This document shows positions 18,348 through 28,260 of a DNA stretch of 64,000 nt, piece by piece. The translations under genes were made by a program, and so were the position numbers. Numbering within the stretch: the first letter of the stretch is position 1; each line of letters opens with the position of its first letter. Source of the DNA: a virus; IMG/VR virus record IMGVR_UViG_3300021134_000001, positions 2,824 through 66,823 of that record; one strand, 5' to 3'. The notes beneath the pieces are model-generated. The model ran no database searches. It was not told where the DNA came from and saw nothing but the letters and a program-made list of their open reading frames with translations.

Positions 18348-18868
18348 AAGTGACCTACATCCATCGGCGTAATAGTGATAATAAAATCTTTTACGTCGGC
18401 TCAGGCTCTGTAACACGTCCTTACGATAAATGGAAACGTGATACCAGATGGAAAGAAATGGCTACTAATGGCTATTCGATTCAGATTGTGGATACTCACT
18501 CTACAAAGAAGAGCGCTGAAGAGTGCGAAGATTTGTTAATTGAGTTAGTACGCGAAATGCCAGCTAATATCCTTATCAATACTTCTACTAATAGCGAGAA
18601 TCGAAAGAAATCTCAAATAGCAGGAGGAAAGATAACAGGAAGTGTCCAAGGAAAACGTAATGTTGAATCTGGACATTTAGCCTCTATTCGATCGTCAGCA
18701 GGTAAGGCCTCTATTCAAACCCATGGCACTCAAATGGGCAACGGTGGCAGAGCACATACTGGCAAAAAGTGGTATACGAATGGCGTCAAAGATACGATGG
18801 CATTTACAGCACCATTGGGCTTTTATCTTGGACGAACTTCAAATCGAAAGGACGCAAAATGCGTTTAG
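18344..18868 (+). CDS. GIY-YIG-like homing endonuclease
   Basis: VTYIH...IFYVG..R, conserved Glu and Asn, KWYTNG tail. Confidence 0.7.
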   Translation: MKVTYIHRRNSDNKIFYVGSGSVTRPYDKWKRDTRWKEMATNGYSIQIVDTHSTKKSAEECEDLLIELVREMPANILINTSTNSENRKKSQIAGGKITGSVQGKRNVESGHLASIRSSAGKASIQTHGTQMGNGGRAHTGKKWYTNGVKDTMAFTAPLGFYLGRTSNRKDAKCV

Positions 18869-19620
18869 CAATTGACGCTGATATCATTCTCTATCAAGCG
18901 AGCTTAGGAGCCCAAGAAAAGATTGTATGGGATACTGAGAACGTTTCTATTGAAGCAGATATCAATAAAGCCAAAGCAATAGTGAGGAATGTGATACGCG
19001 AATATCAAAATTATACAGGCGTTAAAGAGTTTGTGTTATGTTTATCTCATCACCAAAACTTCCGCAAGGATATTTGGCCTGATTATAAACTTAGCCGCAA
19101 AGACTCTGAGCGGCCTGTGTTACTCAAACCACTTCGTGAATGGGTTATTGAATCCTATCCAACGCTTGTGATGGAGAAACTTGAAGCTGACGATGTGCTA
19201 GGTATTCTAGCAACTCGCCATCCAGGTGAAATCATTCATGTGTCAATGGACAAGGATCTCCAATGCGTTCCTGGCAAAATGTTACACGTCAAAAAGAATC
19301 GTAAACACATCTTAATGGACATTAGTCCTGAAGATGCTAAGCGCTTCCATTACCAACAGTCTATGACTGGTGATATGTGTGACGGTGTGCCAGGCGTTTA
19401 CGGTATAGGTCCTGCTAAAGCTAACAAATATTTAGATAAATACGGTGTCTTATGGTCGACTGTCGTCAAGTGTTACACTGACAACGGCCTAACAGAAGAT
19501 GAAGCACTACGTAACGCCATAATGGTCAAGATGTTAGACCATACAATGTATAACGATGGTGTTATTACTACATGGAGTCCACCAGACGATGAACGACCAG
19601 TATCAGCAAATGTCGCTTGA
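18859..19620 (+). CDS. 5'-3' exonuclease (T7 gp6-like)
   Basis: IDADI, NFRK...PDYK..R, LEADD, DKD, GD..DG.PG..GIG. Confidence 0.93.
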   Translation: MRLAIDADIILYQASLGAQEKIVWDTENVSIEADINKAKAIVRNVIREYQNYTGVKEFVLCLSHHQNFRKDIWPDYKLSRKDSERPVLLKPLREWVIESYPTLVMEKLEADDVLGILATRHPGEIIHVSMDKDLQCVPGKMLHVKKNRKHILMDISPEDAKRFHYQQSMTGDMCDGVPGVYGIGPAKANKYLDKYGVLWSTVVKCYTDNGLTEDEALRNAIMVKMLDHTMYNDGVITTWSPPDDERPVSANVA

Positions 19621-19842
19621 CGAACTCCTTGGAGTATTCAGTAGAAAATTCTTTGCGACACATTCGTATAACTTGACGTACCTTCCATCTCCTCTAACAA
19701 AGGAGTGGTTGGTCGATCAGTTACATGCCTTAGAGTGGTATTGCGGCTATGAGCAAATGGTGAAAACCAAAGAGCGTCCAGCCGATACTATCACAAAGAA
19801 GGTAAAAGTAAAATCAACAAATCCATTTATATAAGGAATAAC

Positions 19843-21036
19843 ATGACACGTATTGCGCATATTCTGGGACGTGGTATTGAGGGCTGTGGAGTAACCATGG
19901 CTGCGGTACAACTCCAACGCGGAGCTGGCGGTACTATCTACGCTGAAATGACAAAGAAGTGGCCACGCGGTAAAGGCATCTTGTTTGATCGAGTAGAATT
20001 TAAAAGTAAAGATTCGTGGTATCAAATCGCTAACGAAATCAACGCAGATTACGATTTAGTGGTGTTTCACTCGGTGCCTGCTACTTCAATGGATGATGAG
20101 ACAACCTCAGCATTCTTGAGAATGGTTAAAGAGATTACAGTGCGTAAGGCGCTTATCAATCACGACCATAAAATGGCATCAATTACACGTAATGCGAATC
20201 TAAAAGAAATCTGTGAGAATGTAGATATTCTTACAACCCACTCTTTAGAAAACGACTTTTGTCGATGGTTAGTAAAGAACGAAGTTACGACTCCAGTCAC
20301 TAAGATGGAATTAGGCTTTGACTATGCCACGCATCGCGCTAAGTATTGGGTGCCAATCGAAAAGCAGGATAGTCGAGTATGGCGCTGGATTGGCCGTGCA
20401 GCCGGTTGGAAAAATCCTAAACTAGCGATTGACTTCCATCAGCATGCTTTGATGGACAGTGGATTTATTACCATCTTAGAAGGTCTTGAGGCCTCTATTG
20501 GTTACAAGGACCTCCTATACACTGACGTGGATGACCCATCTACGCGTCGTATAGTATCCAACTACTTCCGTCAAGAGAAGGAGTATGGTGAGTCTGGTAA
20601 GCATGTCCATGGCACTGAAGTAGAGCATGTTGGCGCATATTTATTACCACCCTTCGTAAATGAAGAGGCTATGTATCGTTTAGGCAAATCTGCCTTTGGA
20701 TCGAATCTCTATAATTTACCTGCTAAATATCATTGTAATAATATTGAATATTGCCACGCTGAAGTTATCGCTTCTGGTTGCGTGCCTATTTTCCACAAAG
20801 ATTTACTTGACTCACTTATCCATAAAGGACGTGGCGATCCAGTAAGCAAATGTGTAAACACTGGCACCATCGGTCTCGATTATGGAAGCAGTTTCGCCGA
20901 AGTTCACGATAAGATGGTTTTCTTACGAGATAATCCAACTGCGCGCGATGAATGGCGTGAAATGGCTTATGCATTCTGGAAAGAGCATAACGATTTAGCA
21001 GTAGTAGCAGAATCAACTATCAATCAATTAAAATAA
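19843..21036 (+). CDS. agt: DNA alpha-glucosyltransferase (T4 Agt-like)
   Basis: GRGIEGCGVT, HSVPATS, HDH, IGR...WK.P, IEYCHAE..A.G..PIF resemble T4 Agt motifs. Confidence 0.8.
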   Translation: MTRIAHILGRGIEGCGVTMAAVQLQRGAGGTIYAEMTKKWPRGKGILFDRVEFKSKDSWYQIANEINADYDLVVFHSVPATSMDDETTSAFLRMVKEITVRKALINHDHKMASITRNANLKEICENVDILTTHSLENDFCRWLVKNEVTTPVTKMELGFDYATHRAKYWVPIEKQDSRVWRWIGRAAGWKNPKLAIDFHQHALMDSGFITILEGLEASIGYKDLLYTDVDDPSTRRIVSNYFRQEKEYGESGKHVHGTEVEHVGAYLLPPFVNEEAMYRLGKSAFGSNLYNLPAKYHCNNIEYCHAEVIASGCVPIFHKDLLDSLIHKGRGDPVSKCVNTGTIGLDYGSSFAEVHDKMVFLRDNPTARDEWREMAYAFWKEHNDLAVVAESTINQLK

Positions 21037-21048
21037 GAAGGATATATT

Positions 21049-21685
21049 ATGACACAAGAACGCGAAGCCTTACCACCAGAAGTGGTGGAAGCCGCTCGTA
21101 AATCTTTAGTAATTAGTTTGCCAGACGCTTTGGCCGCTTTGTCGGCCTTCGACCCAGCGTTTGTCCCTATCCTTACTGGCGCTGTCGCTGAAGCTGAGAC
21201 TAATCTCAAACTTCGCGCAGCGTTGAATCGTTTACTTTTCTCAAGCCGTAATCAGACATTTGCTTACAGCTGCAAAGAGGAGTTAGCGAAGTATAAGGAG
21301 AAACAGAATGGCTAAAAAGAAGCCGGTTACTAAAACCTATAAGACCATCAACGATAATCCTGAAGTGTTTGCCGAGTCTACAACGCTCGTTACAGACATC
21401 AAGGAAAATCCTGACGGCTCTTCAACCATCCAACTCGAGTTTACTCGCGATCAAGTAGATATGCTATTTGACGTAAGCCTTCGCCAAGCATTGGTCCAAG
21501 GTCTAAAGAGTCTTGATGCGGATTCCGCTCATTATGCAAATCTCCTTGGCGCTGTTGCACGTGCTAACGAGTTTGCAAAGCTTGCCACAAAGTGGGAAAC
21601 CTCCGATACAATGGACTGGTCTCCTAAGGTGTCTAAAGCTCTCGCTAAGTTGAATGAGGCATTAGCGAAGATTGAGCGTTCATAA
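21049..21685 (+). CDS. two hypothetical proteins (21049-21315, 21308-21685)
   Basis: packed ORFs with RBS. Confidence 0.65.
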
Positions 21686-21694
21686 GGAAAACTC

Positions 21695-22168
21695 ATGCGA
21701 AAACTTCTCATCGTATTACTACTAACATTATCCATGTCAGCCTCATCAATAGCGCAAGAAGTTACGGTCAAAGATCGTATTGTGACTTTTATTGAAGAGA
21801 CTTACAAGATCAGTAATGCCGGTTTAATCGTTGACTACGTCTTCGAAGTATCAGAGCGCAAGGACTTAGATCCTACGCTCGTTTTAGGTATTATTGCAGT
21901 AGAATCAAGATTTAAAGATAATGCAAAGAATCCAAGCGGAGCAACTGGGCTTATGCAAGTTGTGGTGCCTATGCACTGCAAGCGTTTCCCAACTCCAAAG
22001 AATTGTAAAGCATTAGCTAACGATCCTGAGCATAATATTGAAGTGGGCACAGATATTCTAGTAGAGTTCAAAGGAAATCTACGAAGATATTCTGGCGGTC
22101 ACGAAGGTTATGCAAAGTTAGTAAAGACACAGCAACATAAATTCAAACAATTATACAAGGACATCTAA
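21695..22168 (+). CDS. lytic transglycosylase (SLT domain) with N-terminal signal peptide
   Basis: AVESRF, GATGLMQV, NIEVG motifs. Confidence 0.88.
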   Translation: MRKLLIVLLLTLSMSASSIAQEVTVKDRIVTFIEETYKISNAGLIVDYVFEVSERKDLDPTLVLGIIAVESRFKDNAKNPSGATGLMQVVVPMHCKRFPTPKNCKALANDPEHNIEVGTDILVEFKGNLRRYSGGHEGYAKLVKTQQHKFKQLYKDI

Positions 22169-22537
22169 TGACCGAACATCGCGTAGCACCTGACATTATG
22201 AATCACAATTGGAAGTATATTCCATCAAATCAAACGAACGTTAAAGAGCGTTTTGAAGATTACGGTTTTAAGTTTAATGACTCGCTGTACCGTAAGAATT
22301 TCGATTTTACCGGGTTAGATTATTGGATGTGGCAGATTACCCACAAAGAGAGTTCTCTATGATAAGACCGGAATTACTAGCCGATTATGAAGAGTTCTTT
22401 ATTTTACCTAACGTAGCCTTGCTATTTAAGAAGGTACCATCAGCCAAAACTTTACAAGAGTTACGCGAATTAATTGATGTATTAGAAGAAACAAATAAAG
22501 AATTCCCAATCGCACATTAACTTTATAAGGAATTATT

Positions 22538-23008
22538 ATGACATGTATTATAGGTGATGCAGAGCGGATGATATTAGTATCAGACTCTCAAGTATCAGAT
22601 GAAGATTCAAGCACCAAATCTTACGTATGTGAGAAGGTATTTAAACTTGCTGATGGCTCGTTACTCGCTGTAGCTGGAGATATCCGCTCAGAAGAGAGGG
22701 TCATCGAATGGTTTGATAAAGGTTGTCCTAAAGGCGAGAAGCCTGAGATCAAAGAAGAGCACGACTGCGATTTCATGCGACTTACTGAGGATGGTCTATT
22801 TTTATCTGATAAGAGTTTAGAATTCTGGCGTGTAAAGACTCACGATGGTATCGGCTCAGGACAAGCAATTGCTCTTGGCGCTATGCTCTTAGGTCATACA
22901 GCAGAAGAAGCGGTATGGGCTGCTACACAAGTCGATATGCATACTGGCGGTAACGTCATGGTGTATGAGATTGGTAAGCGTCCAAAGATTTATCATAAAA
23001 AGAGCTAA
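22538..23008 (+). CDS. Ntn-hydrolase, HslV/proteasome-beta-like peptidase
   Basis: Thr at position 2 (MTCII), DSQ, AG, GSG, D..TGG. Confidence 0.7.
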   Translation: MTCIIGDAERMILVSDSQVSDEDSSTKSYVCEKVFKLADGSLLAVAGDIRSEERVIEWFDKGCPKGEKPEIKEEHDCDFMRLTEDGLFLSDKSLEFWRVKTHDGIGSGQAIALGAMLLGHTAEEAVWAATQVDMHTGGNVMVYEIGKRPKIYHKKS

Positions 23009-23691
23009 TGGCATTTCGCCATACAGACTATAACCAACTAAGGAGTATTAAATGTTTAATCTAGATTTTTTAAAATTAGGTCCATCAACTAACGACATCC
23101 TCGCAGACATGGACAAGAAGTGGTATGATGGCCTTCGTGAAGTAAAGAAGGCATTGGATAAATTACAATCAACTGAATATATGCCAATCGTTACTCAAGC
23201 GGACGACTTGACTACTGTGACTTTTAAAGGTCCTAATGTCACAACAACCATCACTACTAAAACCATTGATTTACCTAAGGTATTAGAGCAATATGGTTTG
23301 CAGATGCCAACTGTAGCCACAAAGAAGACTACACGCAAGACTAAGTAATATTGAGAGGCCATTCTAACGAGTGGTCTCGATTATATTTCTTTGGAAATTC
23401 ACCCAGGAAATTTTACCTGGCGATTCAAATGCACTTGGAGAATATGATGACAGTGAACTTTGCAAGACTAAACTGCCAGACGGGTTGTTGCCTAGATAAG
23501 GTGAAGCATCTCTCTGAGCAAATCTTCCATCAGCAGGATGAGATGTATAATAGCCTTGCCGAAGAGAATATTGAGTTAGGTACTTTCGTAGTTGATGAGA
23601 TTATGCCTTACTTAGAAGCACGCGCTCAGTCGCACGATCATAGAGCTCAAGATTTAATGGTTAGCTTGATTACCTTACTGAGAGGCGTATA

Positions 23692-24396
23692 ATGATTGAA
23701 TTACTCTACTTACTGATAACAACTCATATAACGATCGTCTGCGTAACTTTATATCTACACAGAGGTCAAGCCCATAGAGGTTTCACGTTTAATCGGTATG
23801 TAGAGCACTTCATGCGATTTTGGCTATGGTTGACAACAGGCATGGTGACCAAAGAATGGGTCGCTATACACCGCAAACATCACAGCAAATGTGATAAGCA
23901 AGGCGATCCGCATTCACCGCACAACGAAGGCATTTGGAAAATTCTGTTTGGTGGCGCCTTTTATTATGCTAGTGCCTCAACAGATAAGGAAATGGTCAAC
24001 GCATACGGTGTTGGCACGCCAGACGATTGGATGGAACGCAATATGTATAGTAAATATCAATTAGCAGGAGTAATGCTGCTATTGGTTATCAATACACTCT
24101 TGTTTAATGGATGGGGCATAGTAATATGGCTTATTCAGATGGCATGGATTCCGTTCTGGGCTGCTGGCGTCGTGAACGGTCTTGGACATTACATTGGCTA
24201 CCGCAATACTGAGACAAAAGATTACTCAACGAACTTGAGTCCTTTTGGTATTATCATTGGTGGCGAAGAGCTCCACAACAATCATCACGAAAACCCAGCA
24301 AATCCCAAGCTAAGCCGTAAATGGTTTGAGTTTGATATTGGATGGATGTGGTATAAAATACTCAATCGATTTGGGTTGATGAAATTAAGGAATTAA
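23692..24396 (+). CDS. desA: membrane fatty acid (delta-9-type) desaturase
   Basis: His boxes HRGQAH, HRKHH, HNNHH; transmembrane segments. Confidence 0.92.
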   Translation: MIELLYLLITTHITIVCVTLYLHRGQAHRGFTFNRYVEHFMRFWLWLTTGMVTKEWVAIHRKHHSKCDKQGDPHSPHNEGIWKILFGGAFYYASASTDKEMVNAYGVGTPDDWMERNMYSKYQLAGVMLLLVINTLLFNGWGIVIWLIQMAWIPFWAAGVVNGLGHYIGYRNTETKDYSTNLSPFGIIIGGEELHNNHHENPANPKLSRKWFEFDIGWMWYKILNRFGLMKLRN

Positions 24397-24397
24397 C

Positions 24398-24781
24398 ATG
24401 GCGTATTCAGATAAAGTAATAGATCATTATGAAAATCCTCGCAACGTAGGTTCATTCGATAAAGCTGATCCCACAATCGGCACTGGAATGGTTGGTGCAC
24501 CTGCTTGTGGTGACGTAATGAAACTTCAGATAAAGGTTGAAGATGGTATTATTAGAGACGCTCGTTTTAAGACATATGGATGCGGCTCAGCAATTGCGTC
24601 AAGCTCGCTCGTCACGGAGTGGGTCAAAGGTAAAACGTTGGCTGAAGCTGGCGCTATTAAAAACAGCGAGATTGCAGAAGAACTGGCCTTACCTCCAGTA
24701 AAAATCCACTGCTCAATCTTAGCGGAAGACGCCGTGAAAGCAGCAATACATGACTACGAGGTAAAATGCAAATGCTCATAG
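24398..24781 (+). CDS. iscU: Fe-S cluster scaffold IscU
   Basis: DHYENPRNVG, APACGDVM, GCGSAIASSS, LPPVKIHCS. Confidence 0.97.
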   Translation: MAYSDKVIDHYENPRNVGSFDKADPTIGTGMVGAPACGDVMKLQIKVEDGIIRDARFKTYGCGSAIASSSLVTEWVKGKTLAEAGAIKNSEIAEELALPPVKIHCSILAEDAVKAAIHDYEVKCKCS

Positions 24782-25077
24782 TTACAGACAGTGCAGCGAA
24801 TCAAATTAGCGAAGTGCTTACCGACGGCGGTAAATATGTTAGAGCCTTTATTGAAGGCGGAGGTTGCTCGGGATTTAATTATGGATTTAGTATTGAAGAT
24901 GAGAAAGAAGACGATGACTTTGTTATTGGTCAACTTATCGTAGACTCTATGAGTATGCAATACTTTACCGGTGCCACGATCGATTACATTAGTGACCGAC
25001 TAAAGGGCTCGCAGTTTACCATCCATAATCCTAATGCTAAGTCAACATGCGGTTGTGGCAGCTCCTTTGCGGTCTAA
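24772..25077 (+). CDS. A-type Fe-S carrier (ErpA/IscA)
   Basis: GGGCSGF.Y, NPNA..TCGCGSSF. Confidence 0.95.
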   Translation: MLIVTDSAANQISEVLTDGGKYVRAFIEGGGCSGFNYGFSIEDEKEDDDFVIGQLIVDSMSMQYFTGATIDYISDRLKGSQFTIHNPNAKSTCGCGSSFAV

Positions 25078-25166
25078 GGATGCCCTTGGAGCACCCACGT
25101 GAGTCATGGAGCACTCGAAATGCAGTGGATATAGGCAACACTATACTCACGGCGAGATAGTGCCTC

Positions 25167-25191
25167 GCGCAAGTGGATCCTATATAGAGAG
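25167..25191 (+). promoter_or_regulatory. putative phage RNAP promoter, copy 2
   Basis: identical 25-mer to 13009-13033, in intergenic DNA. Confidence 0.75.
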
Positions 25192-25259
25192 GCCGTGCTG
25201 GTCCTAAGATATCCCTAGGAGACCGTCGTGGCTGCAAGACAACAACAGTAAGGTAGATT

Positions 25260-25661
25260 ATGAAACAACAGACCTATATGGAGATTGCCCAAACTATCTC
25301 TAAAGAGAGTAAAGCGACACGTGCCAAAGTTGGCGCCATCGCTGTAGTAGATGGAAGAATAGTGGCTTGTGGCTATAACGGCACTCCACCAGGTTTTGAT
25401 AACAATTGTGAGGATGAAAATGGAGTTACTAAAAAAGAAGTTATACATGCGGAATCTAACATTGTCGCATTTGCTAGCAAGCATGGTGTCAGCATTCGTG
25501 GTGCTAGTGTGTATTGCACTCTATCTCCTTGCGTTACCTGTGCTGCTCTGCTTAGCGCTGCTGGAATCTCTCGTTACTACTACCGGGACACTTATCGTGA
25601 TAGCGACGGTTTGCGTTTACTGGCTGATGCAGGTATAGAAACAATTAAAACGGAGGAATGA
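25260..25661 (+). CDS. dCMP deaminase
   Basis: KVGA, GYNG, HAE, PCxxC. Confidence 0.93.
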   Translation: MKQQTYMEIAQTISKESKATRAKVGAIAVVDGRIVACGYNGTPPGFDNNCEDENGVTKKEVIHAESNIVAFASKHGVSIRGASVYCTLSPCVTCAALLSAAGISRYYYRDTYRDSDGLRLLADAGIETIKTEE

Positions 25662-26149
25662 TGCATAAACATCACATCATACCTAAACATATAGGCGGCA
25701 CTGACCATCCATCTAATCTCATCGAACTTAGCGTCGAAGAGCACGCACTTGAGCATTTTAAACTTTTCCAACAAGATGGAAGATGGCAAGATGAAGTAGC
25801 GTACAAAGCACTCAGTGGAATGCTTGGAAAAGAAGATATTATTCGTGAGATTCAGCGTAACGTTGGTAAGATTAACGGCACGAGAAATAAAGTTAACGGA
25901 TGGTGGTCTAAAGTCCAACAACTCGGCTCTAAAGCTGGCGCCAAGAAAGGAGCTGAGCGATGTCGTGAGTTAGAAGTAAACAGTTTCTTTAACCCGTCTT
26001 TACGCAAAACCGCTCAATCAAAAGGTGGCAAACAAGGTGGTAAAGTTAATGGAACGCAGCGACTTGCCACGTGTCTTAATTGTCGTAAGACTGGACAGTT
26101 GACAGTAATGAATCGCTGGCACTTTGCGAAATGCAAGGTCCAACTATGA
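25658..26149 (+). CDS. HNH homing endonuclease
   Basis: HHIIP...GG.D...NLI.L...EH...H. Confidence 0.85.
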   Translation: MMHKHHIIPKHIGGTDHPSNLIELSVEEHALEHFKLFQQDGRWQDEVAYKALSGMLGKEDIIREIQRNVGKINGTRNKVNGWWSKVQQLGSKAGAKKGAERCRELEVNSFFNPSLRKTAQSKGGKQGGKVNGTQRLATCLNCRKTGQLTVMNRWHFAKCKVQL

Positions 26150-26279
26150 AAAAGTTATTATACACATTTATAGAAAGTATAATACTCTCTGTAATTATTT
26201 TAACAGCTGTTGCAATAGGATTTTATGCCACCATTGCTTGTATAGATTGGTGTATTGGTTATTGCGCACAATTTTGGAG

Positions 26280-26819
26280 ATGGATATGAAAGTGTGGATT
26301 TCGAAGTATCGGCATCACTGGGTTTCACCGTACACCATCTTAGAAAAGTTAGTCTTTTGGCGTGAAGTAGATATTCTAAATCTATCTCCACGTGAAGAGC
26401 GCTTTTGCGAGTTGATTACACCGCTCTGCAATGGATGGCTGAAGTTTATGGACACCATTCATCCTAAGATTGACTACGTAAAGATCGATCGCTGGGACAC
26501 ATGGGATATGCGTTCGACACTAGCACTAATAGCCTTGCCTATGCTAAAGCAACTAAAGGCAACTAAGCATGGCATTCCAGCTGACTTTATCCACGATAAG
26601 AATGGTAATGAAGAGATTCCGTTCGAAGTAGGTGAACAGAAATGGAACGAAGCGTTGGATGCTATGATTTGGTCCTTTGAGACTGAACTAGAAGACGATG
26701 CTGATGGTAAGTTCTTTAATGGCGATGAATGGGACCGTAAAGGCTACGACAAATGGGCTAAACGTAAACAAAAAGGTTTCGACCTCTTTGGGCGCTATTA
26801 CCAGAATTTATGGGATTAA
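26280..26819 (+). CDS. conserved phage hypothetical protein
   Basis: DTW.M..TLA....P.L..LK...HG.P and C-terminal LFG.YY..LWD pattern; start approximate. Confidence 0.6.
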   Translation: MDMKVWISKYRHHWVSPYTILEKLVFWREVDILNLSPREERFCELITPLCNGWLKFMDTIHPKIDYVKIDRWDTWDMRSTLALIALPMLKQLKATKHGIPADFIHDKNGNEEIPFEVGEQKWNEALDAMIWSFETELEDDADGKFFNGDEWDRKGYDKWAKRKQKGFDLFGRYYQNLWD

Positions 26820-27010
26820 AATGAACATTCACCAACGAGCCGAACAGGCATTTAAAGAATGGTCAGAACGGCAAATGTTTCCAGTTAGTCTTATCGAAGA
26901 GCATGGATTTGTTTGCGGATATCTTGAAGCATATAAAGAGTGTCAACATTGGGAACGCCAATATCTTGAGTTACGCGATACCTATCACTATCTGTTAAGA
27001 AAGCGTAATC

Positions 27011-27391
27011 ATGGCAACGACTAAGTTTACGTTTGATGAGGCTTCACTTCGCATCTTATACGATATGCTTTGCGCTACTGTAATGTTTCCATTAGACTTA
27101 CGCTTACCGCCTGAATGGCTAATCCGCTTTGAGATTACCAAAGACGATGAAGCTTATGGTTGGGCAAATCCTGAAGATGAGCATGGAGACCCATTCGGTG
27201 AGTACACTATTGAAGTAAGTAAAGTTAAGAATACAACTTACAAAGATTTAGTAGAAACATTATTGCATGAGATGACTCATATTCATTTACACCACATCGG
27301 AATTAAGGATTGGGATGAGCACTTGAAAAACTCACCGTTCTCCCAAGTAAAAGCGCGCATAGACATGTTCACTGGTTTCGATATATCATAG
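27011..27391 (+). CDS. SprT-like zinc metalloprotease domain protein
   Basis: TLLHEMTH (HExxH) plus downstream His. Confidence 0.65.
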   Translation: MATTKFTFDEASLRILYDMLCATVMFPLDLRLPPEWLIRFEITKDDEAYGWANPEDEHGDPFGEYTIEVSKVKNTTYKDLVETLLHEMTHIHLHHIGIKDWDEHLKNSPFSQVKARIDMFTGFDIS

Positions 27392-27485
27392 GAGATTGTT
27401 ATGCTATGGCTAGCATTAGCGTTAATTGTAGCGGCATTTGCTGCGATGAAATACACCAACATATTAGATAGATGGAAGAATAGAC

Positions 27486-27938
27486 ATGGTAAATAAGACT
27501 CTTGAGAATTTAGAGAGTGCCTTAGCTGGAGAATCCATGGCGCATATTAAATATCGCTATTTTGCCAAGCTAGCGAGAGCTGAAGGTTTTGAAGAAGTAG
27601 CAAAACATTTTGAGCATACAGCTGATCAAGAAATCTTACATGCTTGGGGCCATTTAGAATTATTGGTAGGCAAACCATCAACTCAACGTTGTTTAGAGAT
27701 GGCCATCGAAGGTGAGACGTATGAGTTTACTGAAATGTATCCTAAGTTTGAGACTCAAGCACGTTTAGATGGACATAGTCACTGGCTTGAAGAAATTCAA
27801 GGTCAGATTGGCGAGTCTAAGGAGCATGCTGAGCAGTTCCAAGCGATTCTAAAGAAAGCTGAGAAGCGATTCAATGCTCTTAAGAAAGTTGAAGAGCGTC
27901 ACGCTAATGCCTATAAACAAGTAATGGAGAAACTATAA
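27486..27938 (+). CDS. rubrerythrin
   Basis: NL..A.AGES.A...Y..FA, E..HA, EGE.YE...MYP, E..H di-iron motifs. Confidence 0.92.
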   Translation: MVNKTLENLESALAGESMAHIKYRYFAKLARAEGFEEVAKHFEHTADQEILHAWGHLELLVGKPSTQRCLEMAIEGETYEFTEMYPKFETQARLDGHSHWLEEIQGQIGESKEHAEQFQAILKKAEKRFNALKKVEERHANAYKQVMEKL

Positions 27939-28069
27939 TGGAATATCAAGAGATGCAACAGTGCATTGTCTGTGGGTATCTGATTAAAGATGAAGAGTTT
28001 AAAACTCTGCCCGACGACTTTGAGTGCCCTGACTGCGGCGTAGGTAAAGATGAATTCGAATTAGTTTAA
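27938..28069 (+). CDS. rubredoxin
   Basis: 43 aa, CIVCGY...[17 protein letters not shown]; overlaps rubrerythrin stop; not in ORF track. Confidence 0.88.
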   Translation: MEYQEMQQCIVCGYLIKDEEFKTLPDDFECPDCGVGKDEFELV

Positions 28070-28260
28070 AGGAGTAGTGTATGAATATCATTGTTGAACG
28101 TTTAATGAATCAAGGATTCGAAAGACAAGAAGCTATAAAGGAATTAAAGGTCCAGCGTAATATGGCAAAACGAGATATCATACCGATCGAAGAGTGTCTA
28201 ATGGATATGGGTTGTCCTCCAACTGAAGACTTCTATTACGCATTTAAAGAAGATTAATTA

